DNA from: Trichosphaerium sp. ATCC 40318
Lineage: Eukaryota > Protista > Tubulinea
DNA length: 64,000 bases
Direction of reading: 5' to 3'
Assembly (NCBI GenBank): GCA_038496445.1
Contig: JALMLS010000313.1
Location: 5,039 to 69,038 of the forward strand
This document shows positions 53,822-64,000 of the stretch, piece by piece (position 1 is the first letter of the stretch; each line of letters begins with the position of its first letter). The notes under the pieces are model-generated. The model was not told where the DNA came from. It did no database searches and worked only from the letters and a program-made list of their open reading frames with translations. The position numbers were made by a program, and so were the translations under genes.

Positions 53822-54145
53822 GAGCGAGCTTCGGCAGGTATCGCTGTCTCAGCGACCTGCCTTTTGGGTCGTCACCTTGTAGGAATGCCAACCACGCTTC
53901 TAGAGCGAGCTTCGGCAGGTATCGCCGTCTCAGCGACCTGCCTTTTGGGTCGTCACCTTGTAGGAATGCCAACCACGCTTCTAGAACGAGCTTCGGCAGG
54001 TATCGCCGTCTCAGCGACCTGCCTTTTGGGTCGTCACCTTGTAGGAATGCCAACCACGCTTCTAGAGCGAGCTTCGGCAGGTATCGCCGTCTCAGCGACC
54101 TGCCTTTTGGTTCGTCACCTTGTAGGAATGCCAACCACGCTTCTA
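53822..54145. repeat. GC-rich tandem repeat, 4 x 81 bp, each unit containing a hairpin
   Basis: Units start at 53822, 53903, 53984, 54065; only 3 substitutions seen; GGCAGGT...ACCTGCC stem followed by TTTT. Confidence 0.95.
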
Positions 54146-55172
54146 AATCGTACAGCTTTACACTGGTATCTGCTTTTTGGTTCAGTTCATGGAGAACCGT
54201 ACGTAAATTACTTTCCTTGACAACTGTTCTGCACTAGCCTCAATAATGAATCCGAAGCTGCCGTCGTTTATATAACAGACGGATATGGACAGTGCTGTTC
54301 AAGTCTTAGGTACATCATTTTATTTCTTAAACGTTAGGTATGCAAGTTACACCCTTGAGCCCTTTGCGGCACTAGGTCCAAACATATCTAAGGTGGGTAC
54401 GTACATAGTTATTGTTGTGTTCCAGAGCAACTTTTACAAATGCTGTATATTGTCATTTTCTTTAGGTACGTTTTGCCAAGGTTGACTTAGAAAAAATAAT
54501 AAATAATTAAAGCGGAGGAGAAATATCTTCTACTTGCTCATACGACAATCTACCAGTAATGGTAGCGCATAGCCCATGGTATTACTATACCAATGATTAC
54601 TCCAACAGTTAGCACTTCTTCACAATACTATCGTTAAATATACTCAAAAAAACCTAAACTAAGACAATCAATCTCAAATAGCACTTCTACTTTACTACGA
54701 AAACCTTAACTTCGTCTGGATTCGGATCTTCAAAGTGAACTTTTCTCAATTTTCGTAATCTAAAAGATCTTTGTACAACTGTTGCTATCAATAAATTACA
54801 TTGTATCTAACTTAATTGTCTCTTTCTTTTTTTTTTCTTTTTTTTTTTTCAAGTCATTTCACTTTTGCGAACTTGATTGTCCATCATACCTATCTTGTTC
54901 AATGTATTCATTAAGTAATCCCTTTGAGAGTTCCTCAGCTTACAAAGTTGGCAAATGTTCGATCCACGTTCATGAAGGTGTTTGGGTCTTCTAGAAAAAA
55001 ATTCACGTGATTTTGAAATTTCAGTGAAAATGTCAGAATCTGCTGAAACATAACTCTACTTTTTTCACACCGGTTACAACACTATAAATTTAATAATCAA
55101 GTGCGTATTTAGTACCTAGTTTATTCAAGTCGTAGCACAGTGTCAGTCTGTAACTTAATACGAACTAGGACT

Positions 55173-56181
55173 ATGTCACTTAACGATGCGTCCAACGATT
55201 CTATGATAGAAAATAAAAGTGTTTTAGAGATGTTACCGAAAGACATACAACGGTTGATATCATCACACACTCCTGAAGCTTTCCAAAAATGGTACAAAGG
55301 AGAAATATTTACCAGTTTTTTGCTAATTTTTTTGAAGGAGTTTATTGAGTAAAACTACAGCTACAATGACATGTTACAACTCCAAAATAGAAAAACATGG
55401 CATACGGTTATTGTGGCATACAAATGGATCACTCAAAATGCACATCACCTTTGTTAATGGTGTGCAAGAAGGTCTTCACATAAAGTATCACATAAATGGC
55501 AAACCTTCAATGCAATACAATGTAGTAAAGGGTAAGGGTGAAGGTATATGCAAACAATGGCACGAAAACGGGCAATTAAGTATGTTATGTACCTTGAGAA
55601 ATGATGCAAGAGAAGGTGAGGTGCTCCAATGGCACAAGAATGGACAACTCGAAGTCAAATGTTCAATGGTAAATGGCAAGCTCGAAGGTGAGATGTGCAC
55701 GTGGTATGATAATGGAGTCCTAAAGGACCACTACACATTAATCAATGGTAAGCAGTCAGGCGATGTAGAGTTAAGATATAGAAGTGGGCAACTCAAGATG
55801 TGCTCCAAGGAGATTTCTTCTCGCAAACATGAAAACAAGATGTGGTTTGAAAGCGGACAACTCAAAATGGAATGTACTATGATTGATGGTGTCAAGGAAG
55901 GCTTGAGCACAGAGTGGCATGAAAACGGACAAATGAGTATTCAATACTCAGTTGTTAAAGGAATGAAGCAAGGAGAACATAAGGAGTGGCACGAAAATGG
56001 TCAAATTAAGGTTCAATGTATGGTTGTAGATAGTCAAAAAGAAGGCGAATACAGAGAATGGCACGAAAACGGGCAACTAAGTGTGCATTGTATGTTTTCT
56101 GAGGGACTTCCTAAAGGAGACGAAAGTCATTGGAATGAATTAGGAGAACCTGTAGTGCGGTATCACGATTCTACAAAATAA
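55173..56181 (+). CDS. F-box-like + MORN-variant (YwqK/MORN_2) repeat protein, one intron
   Basis: LEMLPKDIQRLISSH...W|SLLSK; ~10 repeats of ~24 aa, GxxEGxxxxWHENGQL. Confidence 0.88.
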
Positions 56182-56318
56182 ATCAAAAAAGAATTCATTC
56201 TTATCCTGCCAAGCTCTTTCTGCAACTTCTCCATGCCATGAATTAACTATCAGCTATAATGCAATGTTTTATTATACAATGAACATATCACCAAAGGCGG
56301 TGGTGAGTGTAGTTTGAT

Positions 56319-57549
56319 TTAAAAATTCTTTGACTTGATTGTCCTTAAATCTTGTTAGAACATGAAAAAAAGTTTACACTGCTTACCTCAGGTGGTATTT
56401 TGTCCGTAAAGGCATATAACTACGAACATAGGCCAAGTAATCACCACCGTATTCATATTTGCTTTGAACTTCATCTGCTTGTTCTTCTGCCTCATCTATC
56501 TTCTCAGCAAGCCTAGATAACAATGCTTGCTTTCCCACTCTCTACAATTTATAGTTAAACAAAAGAAAGGTTGTAAGCACCACAGCTGTTACACATACTT
56601 GTTGCAACTCATCTCTCTTGTTCTGTAGAGCATCATACTCTGCGCTTAGCTCTTGAAGAGACTTTTGCTTCTCTTGTTCCACTCCACGTAGTTGCTGAAG
56701 CTCTCCCTGTATTTCGTTGTTTTTGGCTGTAGCAACGTGAGCAGTCTAGGTTTGTGACATTAAATTTACCTTGGAGAGCCTTATTACGCTCATCTACTTC
56801 CTCTCTGAGTTTTGCGCAGTTCTTTACAACGTCTAAATTAAAGAAGAAAACACTAAATTCTTCTGGGTTGTCCATGAGTTGTTGCATCCTAGCAACGCTA
56901 ATACAAACCGTCAGAAGTCTGTCATTGGTTTGATAGCCATACTCTAAGTCATTAATTTCTCGACAGTTGGCGGTGGTATTAGCAACTGGCATCTGTGCTT
57001 GAGGCGTGCTGTTACGGTGTTGGCTTGGACTGCTTGAACGCATGGCTTGAGGTTGAGGGTTGTTTAGGTGGTGAGCTACCAACTGTAAAACGTAAGGGAG
57101 GTACACGTAGCGTATTTTACTGAAACAAAAAACTGTTACCTGTATTAATGCGCCCAAGTCGGTGTGCATTGTCCAATTTTGAAGGCTAGGGATTTTTGAT
57201 GGTATTATTGTGTAATTTCTATCTAAACAATATTACTAATAGCCTAATAGCGGTACGCACCTAACATGTGATGATTTTGATCGGGTATTGATATTGTTGG
57301 GCGCGTTTGAGGGAAGTTTGACGGCAGAATCCTTATAGAGTTAAATAAGGCCTCTAAACGCTACGTACAGCCTTACAGATACGTTGTTGCCATTATTCAG
57401 GAACAGGGGCACGTCAAACAAATTTGGCGCTAATTCGTTGGTGTGAGGGAAGAACGCGCGTAGGCTTTGTATTTGTTGCGAGCGCCTATAAATTTGCTAA
57501 GTACAATATTTCTTTGGTTCGCTACTTACAATCTCTGAATGTCATCCAT
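56319..57549 (-). CDS. VPS37: ESCRT-I subunit VPS37 (UEV-like N-terminus + Mod(r) domain)
   Basis: ILPSNFPQTRPTI, LQNWTMHTDLG, coiled coil, EAEEQADE...YMPLRTKYHLR. Confidence 0.75.
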
Positions 57550-58031
57550 CTTTTTAATGGCCTCTCCGATTCAACGTGCTTGGTATGAGCCAATTGTTGG
57601 CCTATAGTCGCGAAATTTCAACGTTTGATTTTATACATGCCTTTTCTAGCGATTTAAAGACAAGCTCATCTACCAACAGGTAATCCCTTGAGAGAAAGAC
57701 GAATATTCTCTTGCGCTTTAGCAATAAAAACCGTTTAAACCACCAAACACCTAAAAACAGAAAGTTGTTGAACAATTACCAAAAACGTGACGTATTTGCA
57801 CATCAAAGTGCTCCAAAACCACTTGCCGAGCATGAAACAAGCGCATTATACTAGTTACAGTTTTGCAAAGTTGTTATGAACGGTGGGTGACGCTTAAACG
57901 CCAAAATTCCTAGGAGAGTTTAACTATCCAACCGTGTGTGGGTTTAATTGCTTTTATTTACAGGCAAGTAAAGCCTCATCTATGGTACAAAGAGTAGACT
58001 CCAGCCGAGGTTTACGAATAAAAAGTGCTGT

Positions 58032-58833
58032 TCATCCACCACGAAGTTGTAGGACCATGTGAAGTTTCGCATTATCTTCAAGGCCATAATTTCGCAGTGT
58101 TCGGCAGTCGGCCATAAGCTTTCCCCGATACACCAAACGTTGTTGCTCGTACGGAATACCTACGTCCTAGGTGAGAACAAGAAATACGTTTAAATTAAAA
58201 ATACCAAGAACAAAGACTCTCATTTTTATGTAAAACTTTTTTTTTGGCGGTTGGAGAATATTCGAAACAAAAGCAATGAGATCGTACCTTCACGCTTTAA
58301 AATTTCTTCCTTTATCTTTTGAACACAGTCATCGCTGTTTACTGTGATTTTGAGTAATCTGCCATGCAGAGTGCGGACGTGAAGCGTTAAATTTTGAGGT
58401 ATACGCAATCGCTTCATACACCTGTTAACTTGGTTGTAATCGTCTCTAACAGAGATAGTAAGTACCGAAAAATACGCTACACTCAGGACAGGAACCAGTA
58501 GAAAGTTCTCTCTTTCAAGGATCGTTGAGTGAAAGTTTAAAGAGAGAAAAATAAAAGTTTCAGTTCGTACGAATAATCTACAGAGCGGTTCCTTTTTACA
58601 CCGCGACGTTCGTTGGGTATGTTGAACGCTGAAGGCGTTGTGCGAATCGTTGTTGGCACGTTTGATGGAAAAGAGCCTCTAGCAGAGTGGAAACCAGTAT
58701 TATTGAATTGAGGAGGTGTGAAGGTTGGTTGCGCATTGTTGCGACCATTATTTGGCCAAGCAAATTCCATCTGACCGAAAGTTGGTGTTGGTGAGCCGTA
58801 CGCACTCATATAAGGAACGGTGTCAACTTCCAT
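58032..58833 (-). CDS. Ubiquitin-like protein with a long low-complexity N-terminal extension, ending LRGG
   Basis: LHVRTLHGRLLKITVNSDDCVQKIKEEILKRE-GIPYEQQRLVYRGKLMADCRTLRNYGLEDNAKLHMVLQLRGG*. Confidence 0.85.
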
Positions 58834-59294
58834 TGCGTTTTGTACATAAAACTAAGAGGCGTTAGAAAATAATGAGCTGAAAATCACATAACAGGTTGTC
58901 ACGAGTGGTAGTGTATGCTAGAAATGAAGAAAAAGAGCAAACTTTTTACAAGCGGCCGATCGAGAAAACGGACGCGTTGTAGAGTCTAATTACCTTTGTA
59001 GATTGTTTACAATACAACAGAGGAGATGTACAGTTGATATTTAGAGGCGTGGTGACGTTCCACGAATGTATGAGACAAAAAAAATAAGCGGGAATGCCTC
59101 CAAGTCAACAGAGGTTTTTAACTTGCCTTAGCCTCAACCCTAATTAAGCAAAATAACAACCGAAATAAACTGAGCTGTTGGTACATACAAACAGAACACG
59201 TTGAACCAATATTTAGTATTTTGCAAGATTGGTATGCTGATGGTTTCATAACAGTACAATATTACACCAGTTTGAGCGTTAGTTAACTCGAAAA

Positions 59295-62098
59295 ATGGCT
59301 GACGCTTCGCCCACAAGCGCTGTACTGCGTGACGAACTGCTTTCGCTTAGTACAACAAGTAAAGAAACTACAACCTTGGTTTTGTGCTTTATCAAAAAAG
59401 TTATCGCGCTAGCGCGAGAATTCAGCAATTATGATGGGTGGGCAGACATAAAATATTTTGTTGGTCCACTGATGAAAGTCAAAGCAGTACGTTCTTTACG
59501 CGCGAATAACGCGGTTTTTACGAAATAAACTAAACAAAATAAGGTTTTACATGTTGTGCCTAACCCAAAGGAATATCCTTCCGTAAACCCAACCATCGAT
59601 GATGCACTACTGTGGGACATGAAAAACACGTTCTGCTTTCAAATATGGGACATTACAACCAAAACGCGGTGGGTTAAGGATCAAGTGAGGCAACTCGTTC
59701 AAAATCAAGACGCTGGTCAAGGTGTACAAAGCGTCAAGCGCTTACAGCATCTTTTACGCTCATTAAAGGTCCATTAATAGTGTATTATCATTTCATTCGA
59801 AGCTCTAACATGCTTGTGTATAGCTCGTAGTGCCTAAGGACGTTGATCTTGTACCCAACGTCAAAAAACGCAAATCAAAGAAAATTTCAGTTGCAACAAT
59901 ACAACAAGAAATTCGAACGTTTCTCGTTTTAATGCAGCGCGCTGAAACCTCTCAAAAGCACAGAGAAAAGCTTTTACAACGAACAGAAAATATCCTAAAG
60001 GAAGAGTCAATGAAAGCTCAAGATAGACGTCTTCGTATTCAGACAGTACCAACTAGTGCAAAAGAGCCCAGAAGAAAGAGTAGATCAATGGGAGGCCTCT
60101 TAAGGCGCAATAGTCGTAAACATTTAGGAGTAAAAGCCAAAATGAAGGAGCATGACAGACGTAAAACTGATGAAGAGTCTCAAATGTTTAGGCGTAGAAG
60201 AGATAGGACAAGTACGAAATTTTTCGATAAATTCTTTTGCATTCAATACACGTTATTCACGAATTTCCTTAACCTCTGCGTAGAGCACCAGGCTGCAAGT
60301 TTCCGATGTGATCTTAAGGGATTTTCAATGGATAAACTAGTAGAACAAGTACGTTAACTGCCCATATGTAATTTTGACACATGGTCAGGAATGGAATATC
60401 AAACGTGAAAATCAATTGGCAATTAAACATCCGACTTTAAAAATGCCTCTCTGGGATGAACCTTACGGCAACATTCGTATGGTAAGTTCATATCAATAAA
60501 TTACACTTTAGGTTGCTTATTATAACATAGGAAGGTGAAGAGTTGCTTGCAGCGTCCCTAAATCGACTCATTGAGTACTTGACAGCAACTAAAGGATGTA
60601 CGTTTTCTCACTACTAAAATCCTCTCTTATTACATTTGCAGCAAATCCCTATTTTGTCAAGGTTTTCTTACTTACATACCGATCGTTCGCTACGCCAAAG
60701 TTGCTTATGGATAAGTTGGAACAACGATATTGTGTACCTGAAAGAGATGATCTAAAAGCGGACAAAAACGAAATCCAAATTCGTGTTGTCAATGTTATGG
60801 GTCACTGGATAGGTGATCACTGGGTTGATTTTTATGACGAGATTATTGAGCGTGTAGAAAAATTTATTACAATGTTGGTTGCTGAAGGTCGTACCTCACT
60901 AGCTGACAAAATGAGTAAAACACTGATGAAAAAGGTATTGTTTTCTGACACGTTTCTTTGAAGTCTTATCACGTTTCTTTTTTTCTTAGCGGCTTGGCGT
61001 TACAAAAAACACTGTACTTATATTTAACACTGACCCACCACCATCAATAGTACGTATTTTTAATTACCGTAGAAGACAATGTCTTTCTTACAATTTAATT
61101 TAGACGCCACGAGTGCGTGATTTAGATAAGATGACCGTTATGGACATTAGTCCAGCTGAATTTGCCAGACAATTGACCTTACGCAATTGGAGTTACTTTA
61201 ATAGCATTCAAGTTCGTTGACACTTCATGTTTCTTCAAAACTAACTTGCTTTGTACAGTCAAAAGAATTTATGAATCAAGCCTGGAGTAAACCAGAATTA
61301 AAGCATATGGCACCTAATATATTGCGTACTATACGCGATTTTAATAAGTTTTCTTTATGGACAGCTTCTACTATTGTTAGTGAAACTAACGTAAAGAAGC
61401 GTGCTAAAATCATGACACATTTTGTAAATATAGCCAAGGTATGTATCAAAAGATAAGAAAAAAGTAGATCATGAGGCATCTTACATTAATTACTAGGAGT
61501 GCATCGTGTTGCATAATTATAGTGGACTAAATGCCATATTAAGTGGCTTAAATAATGCGTCTGTGTATCGCCTGCAGTTGACTAAACGAGTATGACTTTT
61601 TTTTTTGTTTTTGTCATATTAGTGTTCATCACCATAACAATAAATTCTAGGCACTGTCCAAGCAGACGCTTAAAAAGTTTGAGTCTTTTGAGCGTTTAAT
61701 GGAGCCGCGTAAGTCATTTAAAGAGTACAGAGATGTATTGGATGACTTAAATCCGCCTTGTATTCCTCATCTGTACGTTCCCTTTTAGGAAGAAGAAAAA
61801 ATCCTTCAAGTGCTCTTTTGTAGCAACTTATAGTCTTGTTTATAGTGGAATATGCTTAACTGATGTTACGTTCATCGAGGATGGTAATCCTGATGCTATA
61901 GATGGATTGATTAACTTCAAAAAACGTCGTCTTCTTTACAATGTGATTATACGCATCACTAGTTTTCAACAAATGCCTTATAACCTAGTGGAGATGCCTT
62001 TAGTTCAACACTTTCTTAATAAGCGGATACAGCCTGAAACAGAAGATGAGTTGTATCAAAAGAGTATTACTATTGAACCACGTGCTGAAGATTGGTAA
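59295..62098 (+). CDS. Ras guanine-nucleotide exchange factor (REM + CDC25 domains)
   Basis: FVKVFLLTYRSFATP, RVVNVMGHW, SPAEFARQLTL, APNILRTIRDFN, LHNYSGLNAILSGL, PPCIP, EDGNPD, INFKKRR. Confidence 0.95.
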
Positions 62099-62378
62099 AT
62101 TAGAAAAACTGTAAATAAATAAGACTGAAATGGAACTAAAATATAAGTAGCCCAAAGGGTCTATTCGTTCTTGCCCTTCATTTCGCACGAATGACAAAAG
62201 AGCAAGGGCGAACTAACAAAAGGACCAGAATTTGTTGAAAGAGCGGTAGGATAGTTTTCAAAACTCGTCAACGTTTCTTTTCGCTACACAAGAATAAATT
62301 CGCTCTCAACTGCTCTATCAGCGCCAATTGGATGTAGTTTCGCTAATTCTGCATGAAGAATATCGCATAGCAGCTTAA

Positions 62379-64000
62379 ATGTCGCGTATAGCATTTGCAC
62401 GGAGTATGGCGGGCTCTGGGAGTGACTCTACGTGTGTCAAATGTATGTACCACCATCTTTTTAGGAACAACACGTTAAAAGCAGTTAATAATGTATTTGC
62501 ACGATGACCAACACTCATTTGTAGGTAATTCAGACTGGCAGAATAAATCCAATCAAATTGCCGTAGTTACGAACGTGCGATTGTCAAAGCATTGCATCCA
62601 ATAAAATGACTGTTACGCAGGTTGAGCAAAAACTTGGCTTGTACTGTTTGAACGAATGGGAGAATGTCGCGTATTCAGAAATAATTAGCATAGAAGGCGT
62701 TTCTAGCGTATTAGAGTACTTTGATATTTTGACACATGTCACACTTACTTCAGTACAAGCTGCTACAATAATTCACCTCTTAAATTGCTACGCGAGTTAT
62801 ATCCACAACAAAAGTGGCGTTCCAAGTCCTTACGTACGTCATCCATTCAAGTGAAATTGTACAAACAAGAAGTGACATTAAACTCGAGTTTACTTTGCTC
62901 TCCTTTACCAAATTGTATCTTCTTATACGAAGAGCTTACTTTGTAATAGCAAAGTTATCATTTCCGTATTGGCAAGACACTGGAAATAGAATGGCTTTCA
63001 TTCGAAAGGTAGGCCCAAACAAGAAAAGGCTTTAGCGTTAGAACATTTACAATAGGCAGAGAAGACTTTGAGTATCAACGTTATATCTGATTGGTATAAA
63101 AAAAGCTTTAGAGATATTACAAATATGCAGGGTAGTGGTTTGATTGCGTAAGTGTGCTCCAGCATACTAAACCTAAAGTTCAGTTTTAGCTATTTCGGAG
63201 GTTCACTTTTAGAGATGCTCAAGTACTTCTACCCAGAATTCAGATGGGTCCCATGGGCGTTTGGTATTAACTAACGTATTAGTACTTCTATACCTTACTT
63301 ATTTAACAGCTCAAGTACAGAGAAGTTTTTGGGATGTACCTGAGAATATTTTTGAGTATGCAAAACATGTCCGGTCAAAATGATTGACAATCACGTGCTC
63401 AAAAATTTTAGCTTGAAGAGAAGCTTGGTATAATACATGTATCGGATTGGTATTCAATAAGTGGTAGTGATGTTATGGAAGCTGGAGGACAGAGCCTCTT
63501 GGCAAGCTGCTTTGGCTGGTCTCATCAAAATTTTGTTAAATATATTTATCCCGATTTTGCATGGCTGTCTTCCAACTTCAGTACGTCTACTATAAGGTCG
63601 TTGTGTACTGCATCTACTAACTTATTAGAAAATAAGAAAAAGGGATATTGGGCCTCAGAAGCAAACCAGGATGTATTTATTCGTGAAGTATGGTCAGGTT
63701 AAAATAACATACATAATCTAATAATTGTTTTCTTTGAATAGGCTGAAGAACTGTTGAATATAAATACCTTGAATGACTGGTACTCTATTTCAACAAGTCA
63801 ACTCGGTAGTGTTTCTGGTGGTGGCTGTTACGTGTATGTCATTTACTAACACTTTTGAACAAAGGAAAGTGAACGAACGCGCTAACTATTATCAAGGTAT
63901 TTTGGTAGTATTCCTGCGATGCTCCACAATGTGTCAGACGTAATTGGGACATGAGTAAATTTAGACAGAGGAAAGGTAAATATTCATTTTCTTGTTAATG
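62379..64000 (+). CDS. DWY-repeat protein 2 (runs off the window end; start approximate)
   Basis: YWQDTGNR, ISDWYKKS, YFGGSLLEMLKYFYPEFRWVPWAF, VSDWYSISGSDVMEAGG, LNDWYSIS. Confidence 0.75.

Noticed and set aside
53822-54145. CRISPR array, or hammerhead/HDV ribozyme, in the 81-bp repeat
   Set aside because: No unique spacers and no cas genes. The minus strand has GTGACGA...GAAG but not CUGANGA/GAAA with correct spacing or a stem I. The P1/P3-like nesting lacks the P2 and P1.1 elements of HDV.
54150-54400. VWA-like (AVVYITDGYG) or ankyrin-like (RTALHW) exons
   Set aside because: Single short motifs with no coherent gene model.

Overview
Compact, AT-rich eukaryotic genomic DNA with many short spliceosomal introns, mostly with GTACGT/GTAAGT/GTGAGT donors. 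Gene content suggests a free-living protist, probably an amoebozoan (inference). Conserved genes: PIP5K, a secreted DUF5060/DUF4038 glycoside-hydrolase-like protein, enoyl-CoA isomerase, Rab2, UNC-50, a CBM20-like/PX/BAR sorting nexin, an SCFD2-like Sec1 protein, a C2 coiled-coil protein, a WW-less parvulin, a STAT-like linker/SH2 factor, VPS37, an N-extended ubiquitin-like protein ending LRGG, and a RasGEF. The accessory layer has five parts. (i) A ~5-6.6 kb inverted segmental duplication (12.3-17.5 kb vs 41.9-48.6 kb) plus a second inverted, mosaic copy of the ECI/F-box-LRR locus (38.6-40.0 kb). (ii) An unrecognised, fast-diverging family of ~140-150 aa, 4-exon genes with conserved intron phases (4 intact-looking copies, 3 pseudogenes or fragments) that the ORF track does not reveal. 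(iii) Structured GC-rich non-coding elements near family members: a 241-nt candidate ncRNA in two apparently identical copies, a C7/G7 hairpin, a foldback MITE and a 4 x 81-bp hairpin array. (iv) Two genes built from ~60-70 aa 'DWY' repeats. (v) F-box proteins with LRR or MORN-variant repeats. All exon structures were reconstructed by eye, so some boundaries are approximate.
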